Source: an uncultured delta proteobacterium
GTDB taxonomy: Bacteria; Myxococcota; Kuafuiibacteriia; Kuafuiibacteriales; Kuafuiibacteriaceae
Length of the DNA stretch: 64,000 nt
Assembly (NCBI GenBank): GCA_963803435.1
Contig: CAWDML010000001.1
Span: 2,752,001 to 2,816,000, forward strand
Reading direction: 5' to 3'
Shown here one piece after another: positions 1 to 9,931 of this stretch. The translations under genes and the position numbers were made by a program. The first letter of the stretch is position 1. Each line of letters begins with the position of its first letter. The notes under the pieces were generated by a model that did not search any database, was not told where the DNA came from, and was given only the letters and a program-made list of their open reading frames with translations.

Positions 1-2327
1 CCGCCGGCGTCCGCGATCGAGTACGCGTTCCCCGGCACCTGCAGAGTCTGGAGCACCCGCGACGCGCCGGCCTCCCACAGCGTCAGGTGGCCGTCCTCCT
101 CGGTCGTCACCAGCTGATCCCGGCCGCGCAGGTAGATCGAGGGGTAGACGTGCTTGCGGCGCCCGACGTCCAGCGGAAGCACCCGGTAGCCCGGATCGTC
201 GAGCGACCACACGTTCGCGCTCCCCGCCAGCCCAACCGTGGTGAGCTCGCGGCCGTCGGGTCGCATCGCCGACTGGAACAGCTTGCCGTGGACCTGCGCG
301 TCGAAGGCCGACAGCAGCATCCCGCTGGTGGTGTGATAGATGCGGACGCCGCCGTCGAACGCCCGCGTGATGATGGTGAGCCCGTCGGGAGAGAACGAGA
401 CCTGCGGCCAGCGCGCCTTCTCCGGCAACCGGAGGCTGTAGATCCGGACGCCGTCGGCGGCGCGGCGCAGGTGCACGTAGACGTCGCTCTCCGCCGTGAT
501 CAGCCACTTGCCGTCGTCGCTGAAGGCGATCGCGGAGAGCTCGTTCTCGTGATCGGTCATCCGGAACAGCAGCTGGCGCGTGTGCGCGTCCCAGACCGAA
601 CCGGTGGCATCGGCCGCCGCCACTCCGAGGCGCGAGCCGTCCCGTGAGAACGCGATCTCATAGATGCGGTCGGTGTGGAGCTTCGATTCGGCGAGCAGCT
701 CTCCGGTGGAGGCGTCGCGGAAGCGGAGCGCGCCGTCGTGGCCGCCGATCACCCAGTACGCGCCGTCCGGGCTCCACGCGACTCGATACGCGTCGCGGTC
801 CGGCACCGTCATCAAGAGCGCACCGGTCTGGGCCGACCAGACCCGGACCGTCTCGTCTCCGGCGCCGGTCAGCACTCTCTCGCCGTCCGGGCTGAACACG
901 GCGAACTGCACCAGCTTCTCGTGGCCTTCGAGCGTCGCGATCGGCGCCAGCGTCGCGACGTCCCAGACCCGGGCGGTCTTGTCGGTGCTGGCGGTGACCA
1001 GCCGGCGGCCGTCCGGAGAGTAGGCGGCCGACACCACGTCGTGCGTGTGGCCGACGAGCGCGCCCCGGTGCATGGACAGCGGACGCACCGCCTGCGAGGC
1101 CCACGCGCGCAGTCGCCGGTTCCCCGGGTCGCGCCGGTACGCCTCCGAGAGATAGACGGCCGCCTGGTGGGGCCGGCCGTCGAGGAGCTCGCTGCGGCCC
1201 CGCTCCTCGAGCAGTGCGATCGACTGCCGGTCGGCCTCCTGGCGCAGGCGCCGCTCTCGCAGCACGAACCCGCCGGTGCCGATCGCGGCCAGGACCAGGA
1301 ACGCGAGCGTGGCGATCACCAGCGCCCGATGCTTCGCCACCCAGCGGCGGAAGAGCTGGCCCCACGAGTAGTCGTGCGCACCGACGAGCTGTCCGTTGCG
1401 GAAGCGGATCAGGTCCTGCGACATCTCCTTGGCGGTCGGGTAGCGCCGGGCGGGATCGCGCGCCATCGCCTTGTTCACGATGGCGAGCAGATCGGCGGGC
1501 ACGGCCGGCTCGCGCTGCTCGAGGGGGGGCGGAGGCTCCTCGCGGACCTTCCGGAGCACCTCGATCGAGGCGCCCTCGTAGGGGTGCGAGCCGGCCAAGA
1601 GGAAGTAGAGGATCGCGCCCAGCGCGTACACGTCGGCGCGCTCGTCGACGTCCTCGCCCCGCGCCTGCTCGGGCGCCATGTACACCGGCGTCCCCAGCAC
1701 CGCGCCGGTCTGCGTGAGCTGATCGGTCGCCGGATCGATCGGCGTGCGCTCGGTGGGCACGTCCTCCTCGCCGACGGCCTTCGCCAGGCCCCAGTCGATC
1801 ACGATGGTCTCGCCGAAATCGCCGACGATCAGGTTCGAGGGCTTGAGATCGCGGTGGATCACGCCGCGGTCGTGCGCGTACGCGATCGCCTCGGTCACGT
1901 CGATCAGGTTGGGGAGCAGGGACAGGCGTCCGTCGAGGCGCTTCTTCTCGTCCACGATCTCCTTGAGCGTGCGTCCGGAGACCATCTTCATGGCGTAGAA
2001 CGGCTCGCCGCTCTCCCAGCGGCCGGCCTCATGCACCGGCACGATCCCCGGATGCTCGAGGCGAGCGGTGATGAGAGCCTCGCGAAGGAAGCGCGACTCC
2101 GCCTCCGGGTGTGGCGTGAGCAGCTCCTTCACCGCCAGGATCCGACCCAGCTCTTCGTCGCGAACCTTGAGGATGCGGCCGATGCCGCCGCGCGCGTGCT
2201 CGCTGAGGATCGTGTAGCGCTGGCGGGTCCGCGACGGCAGCGAGATTTGCGAGGCGCGGCCGCTCGACTCGGAGCGATGGAGCGTCCGGGTGCCCTCCGG
2301 CGTCGGACCCAGCTCGTCCGCGGTCAT
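1..2327 (-). CDS. Ser/Thr protein kinase with TM segment and C-terminal WD40 repeats (runs off left edge)
   Basis: Manual translation from ATG 2327: ARGGIGRI G-loop, [29 protein letters not shown], then a hydrophobic segment and WD repeats such as [30 protein letters not shown]. Absent from the ORF track because there is no stop in the window. Confidence 0.92.
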   Translation of the reverse strand, partial: MTADELGPTPEGTRTLHRSESSGRASQISLPSRTRQRYTILSEHARGGIGRILKVRDEELGRILAVKELLTPHPEAESRFLREALITARLEHPGIVPVHEAGRWESGEPFYAMKMVSGRTLKEIVDEKKRLDGRLSLLPNLIDVTEAIAYAHDRGVIHRDLKPSNLIVGDFGETIVIDWGLAKAVGEEDVPTERTPIDPATDQLTQTGAVLGTPVYMAPEQARGEDVDERADVYALGAILYFLLAGSHPYEGASIEVLRKVREEPPPPLEQREPAVPADLLAIVNKAMARDPARRYPTAKEMSQDLIRFRNGQLVGAHDYSWGQLFRRWVAKHRALVIATLAFLVLAAIGTGGFVLRERRLRQEADRQSIALLEERGRSELLDGRPHQAAVYLSEAYRRDPGNRRLRAWASQAVRPLSMHRGALVGHTHDVVSAAYSPDGRRLVTASTDKTARVWDVATLAPIATLEGHEKLVQFAVFSPDGERVLTGAGDETVRVWSAQTGALLMTVPDRDAYRVAWSPDGAYWVIGGHDGALRFRDASTGELLAESKLHTDRIYEIAFSRDGSRLGVAAADATGSVWDAHTRQLLFRMTDHENELSAIAFSDDGKWLITAESDVYVHLRRAADGVRIYSLRLPEKARWPQVSFSPDGLTIITRAFDGGVRIYHTTSGMLLSAFDAQVHGKLFQSAMRPDGRELTTVGLAGSANVWSLDDPGYRVLPLDVGRRKHVYPSIYLRGRDQLVTTEEDGHLTLWEAGASRVLQTLQVPGNAYSIADAG

Positions 2328-2356
2328 CGGCCACAATACCCTCGGACAGGCCAGCG

Positions 2357-2376
2357 TGCGCAATCGATTTTGCGCA
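2357..2376. promoter_or_regulatory. Inverted repeat, candidate enhancer-binding-protein site
   Basis: TGCGCAA-N6-TTGCGCA about 90 bp upstream of a sigma54-like motif. Confidence 0.45.
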
Positions 2377-2460
2377 GCCCGAAGGCGGCTGCGCCTCGTG
2401 CGCCGGCCCACCGAGCGCGACAGCCTGTCTCGAAGCGCGTGCGGGGAGCACCCCAGCCGC

Positions 2461-2477
2461 GCGGCATGTGCCGTGCA
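2461..2477 (+). promoter_or_regulatory. sigma54-like -24/-12 promoter
   Basis: CGGCATGTGCCGTGCA with GG-N10-GC spacing; GGAGG RBS and ATG 2504 follow. Confidence 0.5.
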
Positions 2478-2503
2478 CGACTCCCGCCCGGAGGTACTCA
2501 ACT

Positions 2504-3646
2504 ATGCGTTGGGCATTCGCCACGGTCTTCCTCGCGGGCATCTCTGTGTCTGCCTGCGACAATGATGAAAACGAACAACAACCGCCGCCGCAGGAGGAGT
2601 TGCAATTCGAGAGGAGCGATCTGGTCTCGGACCTCCCGGGTCGCGCTGCGGTCACCGACACCAACCTGATCAATCCCTGGGGGCTCGCCTTCGGGCCGGA
2701 CACCTTCCTCTGGGTCGCGAACGCGGGCTCGGGCACGCTCACCGTCTACGACGCCGCCGGCACTCCCCAGCCCCAAGGCAACCCGCTCGTGGTCACGGCA
2801 CCGTCGGAGGTGGCACCGGGCGAGGAGGCGCCCGAGCTCACCGGGATGGTCTTCAACCCGACGGACGGCTTCGTGATCACGGCAACCACCACCGGCATCC
2901 CGCTGCAGCAGGTGAGTGCTCCGGCCCGGTTCATGGCGGCGAGGACGGACGGCTCGATCGTGGGCTGGAGCCCGGCGGTGCTCGGCACCCTGACGGTGAC
3001 CGCGGTCCCCGCGGAGGAAGGAGACGCGTACACCGGCCTGGCGTTCGCGAACGACGGAGAGCGCGGCGATCTGCTGTATGCGTCGAACTTCCCGAGGCGG
3101 GAGATCGAGGTGTTCGACACCCACTTCGAGAACGTCGACCTCGGCGCAGGCGCGTTCGAGGACGGCGGCAGCCCGGCGATTCCGGACGACTACGGTCCCT
3201 TCTCGGTGCATGCGATCGGCGGCCGCATCTACGTGGCCTACGCCCAGATCGATCCCGCGACGACCGATGAGGTCGCGGGGCTCGGGAAGGGCTACGTCAG
3301 CATCTTCGAGACCAACGGGACGTTCGAGCGCCGCCTGGTCTCCCAGGGCGACCTCGACGCGCCCTGGGGCATCGCGAAGGCGCCCGCGAGCTTCGGCCGT
3401 CTCGGCGGCACGATCCTGGTCGGCAACTTCGGCGACGGCCGGATCCACGCGTACAACAGCGACACGGGCGCGCTCGTCGACGCAGTGCTCGACGCGAACA
3501 AGTCCCCCATCGCGATCGAGGGGCTGTGGTCGATCGAGTTCGGCAACGGCGTCATGGCCGGCGCCACCAACGAGCTGTTCTTCACGGCGGGCGTCGAGGA
3601 CGAGACGCACGGCCTCTTCGGCGACATCCGGCCGATCATGCGTTGA
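2504..3646 (+). CDS. TIGR03118-family beta-propeller lipoprotein
   Basis: Lipobox VSAC; LVSD, NLINPWGLAF, YTGLA, APWGIA, LVGNFGDGRI, HGLFG motifs. Confidence 0.85.
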   Translation: MRWAFATVFLAGISVSACDNDENEQQPPPQEELQFERSDLVSDLPGRAAVTDTNLINPWGLAFGPDTFLWVANAGSGTLTVYDAAGTPQPQGNPLVVTAPSEVAPGEEAPELTGMVFNPTDGFVITATTTGIPLQQVSAPARFMAARTDGSIVGWSPAVLGTLTVTAVPAEEGDAYTGLAFANDGERGDLLYASNFPRREIEVFDTHFENVDLGAGAFEDGGSPAIPDDYGPFSVHAIGGRIYVAYAQIDPATTDEVAGLGKGYVSIFETNGTFERRLVSQGDLDAPWGIAKAPASFGRLGGTILVGNFGDGRIHAYNSDTGALVDAVLDANKSPIAIEGLWSIEFGNGVMAGATNELFFTAGVEDETHGLFGDIRPIMR

Positions 3647-5143
3647 TCACCGTCCCACCACTCCGAGCGGGGTGCCGGCGACCGCGAACGCCACCGCGAG
3701 TCGATGGTCGGTCGCCACCTGGAGATCGCGCAGCACCTGAGGGGAGAGATCGAGGAGCCGTCCGGTCGAGGTGTTGGGACCCCAGTCGACGGGTCGCACC
3801 ACGACCGCGCGACCGCTCGCCCGATCGAGGACGAGCAGGCGAGCGTTGGCCCAGAACGCCCGGCCCACGTTCGTGTAGTCGAAGCGCATCGCGACGTAGT
3901 AGTAGTCCTCCGGCCGCGACGCGAGGGTGGCCGCGCTCGGGTTGAGGGGCGCGTTCAGCCTGCGCAGGACCTCTCCGCTGATCGCGCCGGTCTCGGTGGC
4001 CGAAACGCCGGTGTCGTTGGGCCCGCCGAACTCGCTGGTCCGACCCTCGACGAAGGCGTGGCCGTCCACCGTGACCACGTCGCCGTACGGCTCGATGGAG
4101 ATGCCGAGCGCGCTGCGCAACGTGCTGTTCGCGAGGCCGGCGCGCGGGATCGAGCCGCCGCCCTGCTCGAGGCCGTCGTGTACGGCGGCCCAGGAGATCG
4201 GGGCCGTCGGCGCGCAGGCCGGCGCCAGCGAGAGCCGGTAGGCCGCGTCGCGTGGGATGGCGTCCTGGTAGCCGCTCGCGATCACGGCCCAGGTGGTGAC
4301 GTGGACGTAGACCTCGGTCACAGCCGAGGCCTCGATCGTGAGGTGCGCCCGCGACGCGCCTTCGCCGGACTCGGAGGTGGTCACCAGGATCCCGGCCGCG
4401 CTCCCGCCGGTACGGCCGTCGGAGATCAGACGTCGATCGCCTCCTCCCGCGGTCACCACGATCGCCGGCTCGTACGCGCCGGCGCTCCGGACGAGCTCGA
4501 CCTCCACCGGCGCACCGGGCGCGATGGTCGTGAGGTAGCGGTGCACGTTGTAGCGCCCACTCGCGTAGTCCTCGGGGCGGTCGACCGCACGACACCCGGT
4601 CGTGTCGGCCGAGAAGGCGTAGACGCGCGCGGTGTCGAAGAGGCCATCACCGGCGTCGAGCTGGCACGCGTGCTCCACCGTCAGCCGGTACTCGGCGCTA
4701 ACAGAGAGCGACGTCGTGAATCCGCCATCCACGACGGGCCAGCTCGAGACGTAGATGTCCACCGGCGCGGCGGCGTCGGCGAAGATCCGCAGCGCCTCGA
4801 CGTCTCCGCCGCGGCCGCTCTCGTCGACCTCCCACGTGACCCGATCGCTCGCCATGACGAGCGCCGGCTCGAACGTGCCCCCGGTGCGCTCCAGGCGGAC
4901 CGCCGTGGTCCCCGCAGCGACCGTGACCGCGTAGCGATGCACGTTGAAGCGGCCGCTGGAGAAGTCCTCGTCGACGGACGCGTGGCCGCACCGCGCCAGG
5001 CTCAGGCTCTGCCTCCACAACCGCGCGTTCGGCCCCAGCAGATCCGCCTCGGCGGACGTCAGCGGGGCATCGTCGACACCCTCGGAGGGGGGCGCGCAAG
5101 CGCCTGAGGCGATGATCGGGATGAGGAGCCAGCGGTGGAGCAC
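3647..5143 (-). CDS. Lipoprotein with two repeated N-terminal domains and a C-terminal RlpA/DPBB-like domain
   Basis: GTG start with lipobox SGAC; duplicated EDxxSGRxNVHRY module; C-terminal VVVRPVDWGP...RLLDLSP. Confidence 0.7.
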   Translation of the reverse strand: MLHRWLLIPIIASGACAPPSEGVDDAPLTSAEADLLGPNARLWRQSLSLARCGHASVDEDFSSGRFNVHRYAVTVAAGTTAVRLERTGGTFEPALVMASDRVTWEVDESGRGGDVEALRIFADAAAPVDIYVSSWPVVDGGFTTSLSVSAEYRLTVEHACQLDAGDGLFDTARVYAFSADTTGCRAVDRPEDYASGRYNVHRYLTTIAPGAPVEVELVRSAGAYEPAIVVTAGGGDRRLISDGRTGGSAAGILVTTSESGEGASRAHLTIEASAVTEVYVHVTTWAVIASGYQDAIPRDAAYRLSLAPACAPTAPISWAAVHDGLEQGGGSIPRAGLANSTLRSALGISIEPYGDVVTVDGHAFVEGRTSEFGGPNDTGVSATETGAISGEVLRRLNAPLNPSAATLASRPEDYYYVAMRFDYTNVGRAFWANARLLVLDRASGRAVVVRPVDWGPNTSTGRLLDLSPQVLRDLQVATDHRLAVAFAVAGTPLGVVGR

Positions 5144-5427
5144 GCGCGAAGCATCGTCGACGCGCCAGCACCACGACATGCGACACAAGCGCGATCGGTT
5201 TCGCGCGCGCCGAGACCGCCGGACGGCAGGCACGGGCCCCGCCGGTGTTGCGAACGAAGCGCGCAGCGAGCGAACGCGAGCGCCGTCGGGTGCGGCGGCT
5301 TTGCCGAGCGGGCTCCGCGGTTCTCGGTGGACCTCGGGTCGGGCGCCCGCTGGACGGGGCCGGCGTGGCGGATCGGCGCGCCGCCTTTTTCCATCGGCGG
5401 GACCCGCCGAGCGCTACAATCGAACAC

Positions 5428-6549
5428 ATGCGCCCCCTTCTGCTCGCGCTCGGGCTCGTCTTCTCCGCCGCCGGATCGACCGCCCGCGCCGAGGGCCCGA
5501 GCCTGCTCGATCGGATCGAGCTGCCGCCCGGCTTCCGGATCGCGTTCTTCGCCGAGCACCTGCCGAACGCCCGGTCGATGGTGTTGAGCCCCGCGGGAAC
5601 GCTGTTCGTCGGCACGCGCACCGCGGGCAGCGTGTATGCGCTCCGCGACGAGGACGGGGACGGCGTCGCGGAGCGGCGCTTCGTGATCGCGAAGGGGCTC
5701 CACATGCCGAACGGGGTCGCGGTCCGGGGCGGCGCGCTCTACGTCGCAGAGGTGAGCCGCGTGATCCGCTTCGACGACATCGAGCGCCGGCTGGAGGCCC
5801 CGCCGAAGCCGGCCGTGGTGAACGCCACCTTTCCCACGGATGAGCACCACGGCTGGAAGTTCATCGCCTTCGGTCCCGACGGCCTCCTCTACGTCCCGGT
5901 GGGCGCGCCCTGCAACGTCTGTGATCCAAAGGATCCGCGCTACGCCAGCGTCATGCGCATGAAGGCCGACGGCAGCGGTCTCGAGATCTTCGCGCGTGGC
6001 ATCCGCAACACCGTCGGCTTCGACTGGCGCCCGTCGACCGGGGTCCTTTGGTTCACCGACAACGGACGCGACGAGCTCGGCGACGACGTCCCGCCCGACG
6101 AGCTCGACCGCGCGCCGAAGAAGGGCCTCCACTTCGGCTTCCCGTACTGCCACGGCGGAGACATCCCCGATCCCGAGCTCGGCAAAGGAAAGCGCTGCCA
6201 GGACTTCGTGCCGCCCGTCCAGCGCCTCGGGCCCCACGTGGCCGCGCTCGGCATGCGCTTCTACACCGGGTCGATGTTCCCGGAGCGCTACCGCGGTCAG
6301 ATCTTCATCGCCGAGCACGGCTCCTGGAACCGGACCAAGCCCGACGGCGACAGGGTCACGCTGGTGACGATCGACGCCGGCGAGCACACGACCTACGCGC
6401 CGTTCGCCACCGGGTGGCTCACGCGCGAGGGCAACAAGCTGGGCCGCCCGGTCGACGTGCTGGTGATGCCGGACGGCGCGCTGCTGGTGTCGGACGATCA
6501 GCGGGGGGCGATCTATCGGATCACGTATCAGGCGGAGACTCGGAAGTAA
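5428..6549 (+). CDS. PQQ-dependent sugar/sorbosone dehydrogenase family protein
   Basis: Signal peptide; HGWKFIAFGPDGLLYVPVGAPCN, GIRNTVGFDW, EHGSWNR, GRPVDV. Confidence 0.9.
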   Translation: MRPLLLALGLVFSAAGSTARAEGPSLLDRIELPPGFRIAFFAEHLPNARSMVLSPAGTLFVGTRTAGSVYALRDEDGDGVAERRFVIAKGLHMPNGVAVRGGALYVAEVSRVIRFDDIERRLEAPPKPAVVNATFPTDEHHGWKFIAFGPDGLLYVPVGAPCNVCDPKDPRYASVMRMKADGSGLEIFARGIRNTVGFDWRPSTGVLWFTDNGRDELGDDVPPDELDRAPKKGLHFGFPYCHGGDIPDPELGKGKRCQDFVPPVQRLGPHVAALGMRFYTGSMFPERYRGQIFIAEHGSWNRTKPDGDRVTLVTIDAGEHTTYAPFATGWLTREGNKLGRPVDVLVMPDGALLVSDDQRGAIYRITYQAETRK

Positions 6550-6576
6550 CGACGGTCGATCCCGCGGCGGTCACGA

Positions 6577-7791
6577 TCACCGGGAGCCCCGCACCCCCAT
6601 CGACCCCAGCATCGCCTCGCGGTGCCTCCGGATCTCCATCCGCTCGGAGGGCAGGTGCCGCGCCAGGATCTCACGAAAGCGCGGGTCCTTCACCCAGTGC
6701 GCGCTGCGCTGCAGCGTCGGCTCGAACCCGCGGGCCAGCTTGTGCTCGCCGCCGGCGCCGGGCTCGAACGCGTCGAACCCTTTCGCGAAGCACTCGTCGA
6801 TCCCGGCGTAGTAGCAGACGTTGAAGTGGAGGTGGCGCACCTCCTCGAACGCGCCCCAGTAGCGCCCGTAGAGCCGCTTGCCCTTGGCGAAGTTGATCGC
6901 GCCGGCCACGATCTTCTTCCCACGCCGGGCAGCCATCAGCTCCAGCCGGTCGGGCAGCCGGTCGCGCCAGAGGCCGAACACCTCGCGGTTGAGGTACTGC
7001 CGCCCCCAGTAGAACTTCTCGACGGTGGTCTTGTAGAGCTCGAATGCGGTGTCGAGGAGCTTCTCGTCGAGGGCGGCGCCAGGGAGCAGCTCGATCGTGA
7101 TGTTCTGATCCGCGAGCTCGCGTCGCTCGCGCTTGATCTGGTTGCGACGCTTGCTGGTGAAGCGCGCCAGGTAGTCGTCGAAGGCCGGCTCGCCGTGGCG
7201 TTGCCAGTGATACTGGATCCCGTCGCGCGCCAGGAACCCGACCGACTCGAGCGCGCGCACCTCCTCCTCCAGCGCGAAGTTCACATGAACGCTGGAGAGG
7301 TTGATCAGCTCGCAGAGCTCGATCGTGAGCTTGCCGAGCAGCGCCATCAGGTTGGGGCGGTCCTCGCCTGCAGCGGTCAAGAGGCGCCGGCCGGTCACCG
7401 GAGTGAAGGGGACGCCGACCAGCAGCTTCGGGTAGTAGGCGATCCCGAGCCGCTCGGCCGCCTCGGCCCACGACCAGTCGAAGACGAACTCACCCTGGCT
7501 GTGCAGCTTCACGTACGCCGGTGCGGCGGCGACGATGCGCTCACCGCGCCGGATGATCGGGAAGCGCGGGATCCATCCGCTGCGCTCGTCGAGCGCGCCG
7601 CCGTCCTCGAGGCTGGAGAGGAAGCGATGCTCGAGAAAAGGCGACGCATCGTCCCCCTCCCCGAGCAGCGCGTCCCAGGCCTCGGGCTCGACGTCCGCGA
7701 TCGACTCGACGACCTCGAGCGTCAGCTCCGGAGCTTCCTCACGATCTCCTGCTCCGCCGGGAACTCGTTCCCCATCTGCTTCTTGTTCCAC
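6577..7791 (-). CDS. GNAT/FemAB-like (DUF482) protein; start uncertain
   Basis: YVKLHSQGEFVFDWSWA, YYPKLLVGVPFTPVTGRR, LYGRYWG, LHFNVCYY, FEPGAGGEHKLARGF. Confidence 0.88.
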   Translation of the reverse strand: MEQEADGERVPGGAGDREEAPELTLEVVESIADVEPEAWDALLGEGDDASPFLEHRFLSSLEDGGALDERSGWIPRFPIIRRGERIVAAAPAYVKLHSQGEFVFDWSWAEAAERLGIAYYPKLLVGVPFTPVTGRRLLTAAGEDRPNLMALLGKLTIELCELINLSSVHVNFALEEEVRALESVGFLARDGIQYHWQRHGEPAFDDYLARFTSKRRNQIKRERRELADQNITIELLPGAALDEKLLDTAFELYKTTVEKFYWGRQYLNREVFGLWRDRLPDRLELMAARRGKKIVAGAINFAKGKRLYGRYWGAFEEVRHLHFNVCYYAGIDECFAKGFDAFEPGAGGEHKLARGFEPTLQRSAHWVKDPRFREILARHLPSERMEIRRHREAMLGSMGVRGSR

Positions 7792-7946
7792 AGCTCTCTT
7801 CCGTCGGCGATGACGATGAAGTCTCCCTTTCCGCCTCGGATCAGCTCGACGTCGACGTCAGGGAGGACCTCGTTGATCTTCGCGCCCAGACTGGACGCGC
7901 GGGGTAGGTAGTTTCAAACCCCGCAATACTCGATGGTGACCTTCAT
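7722..7946 (-). CDS. SelW/SelT/Rdx-family selenoprotein (74 aa, CxxU)
   Basis: Reading through the TGA at 7914-7916 gives MKVTIEYCGVUNYLPRASSLGAKI...VELIRGGKGDFIVIADGRELWNKKQMGNEFPAEQEIVRKLRS*, matching the Rdx pattern IEYCxxC/U...GxFxV...FP. Confidence 0.9.
7881..7899 (-). promoter_or_regulatory. Bacterial SECIS-like hairpin
   Basis: CGCGUCCA-GUC-UGGGCGCG, 8-bp stem with one G-U pair; G-containing loop begins 22 nt after the UGA. Confidence 0.7.
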
Positions 7947-7997
7947 ACGAACAGCGTAGTTGATCCGCCGGCGACCCTGGAGTACGGCATTGCCCGC

Positions 7998-8975
7998 ATG
8001 CCGACGATGAACATCATCGAGGCGGTCAACAGCGCCCTCAGCATTGCGATGGAGAAGGACGACCGGGTCGTCGTCCTGGGCGAGGATGTCGGCAAGTTCG
8101 GCGGGGTCTTTCGCGCAACGAAGGGACTCTACGAGAAATTCGGCCCCGAGCGCTCGATCGACACCCCCCTCGCCGAAGGTGGCATCATCGGCACCGCTAT
8201 CGGTATGGCGCTCTACGGGCTGCGCCCGGTGGCCGAGATCCAGTTCTCCGACTTCATCTACCCAGCCTTCGATCAGATCGTCAGCGAGCTCGCCAAGCTC
8301 CGCTACCGCTCCGGGGGCCAGTACGGTGCACCCCTCGTCGTCCGCACACCGATCGGCGGCGGCATCCGCGGCGGGCACTACCATTCGCAGTCCCCCGAGG
8401 CGTACTTCCTCCACACCGCTGGCCTCAAGGTCGTCTCGCCGTCGAACCCCTATGACGCCAAGGGCCTGCTGCTCTCGGCGATTCGCTCCGAGGATCCCAT
8501 CATCTTCTTCGAGCCGAAGCGCGTGTATCGCGCCGCGCGAGGTGAGGTCCCGGACGGCGACTACGAGATCCCGCTCGGCAAGGCCGCGGTCGTCCGCCCG
8601 GGCGCACACCTGACGGTGGTGGCCTGGGGCGCGATGCTCCACGAGGCGCTCCTCGCCGTGGAGGAGGCGGCTCAGCGCGGGATCGACTGCGAGCTCATCG
8701 ATCCGCGCACGCTGCTCCCGCTCGACGTCGAGACGATCGTCGAGAGCGTGAAGAAGACCGGACGATTCCTGGTGGTGCACGAGGCGCCGAAGACGTGCGG
8801 CTACGGCGCCGAGCTGATCACGCTGATCGCCGAGCGCGCCTTCTACCATCTGGAGGCTCCGCCGATCCGCGTCACCGGATGGGACACCCCGTTCCCCTAC
8901 ACGCTCGAGAACGAGTACCTCCCGCGCGCGCCCCGCATCCTGCACTCGATCGAGCGAGCGTTCGCGAACGACTGA
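7998..8975 (+). CDS. 2-oxoacid (pyruvate/branched-chain) dehydrogenase E1 beta subunit
   Basis: GEDVGKFGGVFRAT, DTPLAEGGIIG, EIQFSDF, HSQSPEA, FFEPK. Confidence 0.95.
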   Translation: MPTMNIIEAVNSALSIAMEKDDRVVVLGEDVGKFGGVFRATKGLYEKFGPERSIDTPLAEGGIIGTAIGMALYGLRPVAEIQFSDFIYPAFDQIVSELAKLRYRSGGQYGAPLVVRTPIGGGIRGGHYHSQSPEAYFLHTAGLKVVSPSNPYDAKGLLLSAIRSEDPIIFFEPKRVYRAARGEVPDGDYEIPLGKAAVVRPGAHLTVVAWGAMLHEALLAVEEAAQRGIDCELIDPRTLLPLDVETIVESVKKTGRFLVVHEAPKTCGYGAELITLIAERAFYHLEAPPIRVTGWDTPFPYTLENEYLPRAPRILHSIERAFAND

Positions 8976-8989
8976 CCCGAGGAGAACCG

Positions 8990-9898
8990 ATGCTGTCGCG
9001 TCTCGTGCCTGCGCCCATGGTGCGATTCTTTGCGGGCCCCTACGTCGCCGGCGATAGCATCGACGACGCGCTCGAGACCGCCTCGGAGCTCCTCGAGAGG
9101 CGCAGGCTGCTCACCACGCTCGACCTCCTGGGCGAGTCGGTGACCGAGTCCGCCCAGGTGCGCGCGAACGTCGGCGTCTATCAGGAGCTGATCCGCAAGG
9201 TCGCCGCCGATCCCAGGTTCGCGGCGAACGGGTCCCGACCCACCGTGTCGGTGAAGCCGTCGGCGTTCACCACCGGCGAGAGAAGAGACGCCGTCGCCCC
9301 GCTCCAGGAGATCGCGGAGGTCGCCCGCGAGTCGAAGGTCGGCCTCACGATCGACATGGAGGATCGACACTGGACCGACCTCACCCTCGAGACCAGCGTC
9401 GACCTCTATCGGCGGGGCTACGACGTCGGCACCGTGCTTCAGACCCGGCTGCATCGGACCGAGGCCGATCTCGCGCGCATCCCCGAAGGCATGCGGATCC
9501 GGCTGGTCATCGGCATCTATCCGGAGCCCTCGGACGTCGCGCTGACCGACAAGGACTCGATGAAAGAGCGCATGCTCGCGTTCAGCAAGACGCTCCTCTC
9601 CCGCAATGTCTATGTGGAGTTCGGGACCCACGACCAACCGTGCGTCGAGCGGTTCGCAAGAGAGATTGCACCGTTGGCACCCGAGCGCTGCGAGGTCCAG
9701 ATGTTGCTCGGCGTTCCGCGAGGCATATTGCAGGAGAAGCTACAGTCCGGCGCGGCGGGCCCGCAGCTCCCGGTGCGGTTGTACGTCCCGTTCGCGATCG
9801 GCTGGAAGGACGCGACCGCCTATCTTCGTCGCCGGATGGACGAGAGCCCCAGCATGGTCTGGCTCGTCCTCAGAAATCTGTGGGACCGTGATCGCTGA
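8990..9898 (+). CDS. Monofunctional proline dehydrogenase
   Basis: YVAG, TLDLLGE, IDMED, GTVLQ, GTHD, QMLLGV, YVPF, YLRRR; GAGGAG RBS. Confidence 0.85.
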   Translation: MLSRLVPAPMVRFFAGPYVAGDSIDDALETASELLERRRLLTTLDLLGESVTESAQVRANVGVYQELIRKVAADPRFAANGSRPTVSVKPSAFTTGERRDAVAPLQEIAEVARESKVGLTIDMEDRHWTDLTLETSVDLYRRGYDVGTVLQTRLHRTEADLARIPEGMRIRLVIGIYPEPSDVALTDKDSMKERMLAFSKTLLSRNVYVEFGTHDQPCVERFAREIAPLAPERCEVQMLLGVPRGILQEKLQSGAAGPQLPVRLYVPFAIGWKDATAYLRRRMDESPSMVWLVLRNLWDRDR

Positions 9899-9931
9899 GT
9901 CATCTTGTCGAATCGATCCGAGCGCGGAACC

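Noticed and set aside
675-2669. Long + strand ORF (664 aa) and many similar long shadow ORFs (e.g. 22244-25984, 57103-59298)
   Set aside because: They are antisense or off-frame shadows of real genes, expected at this GC content, and show no recognisable motifs.
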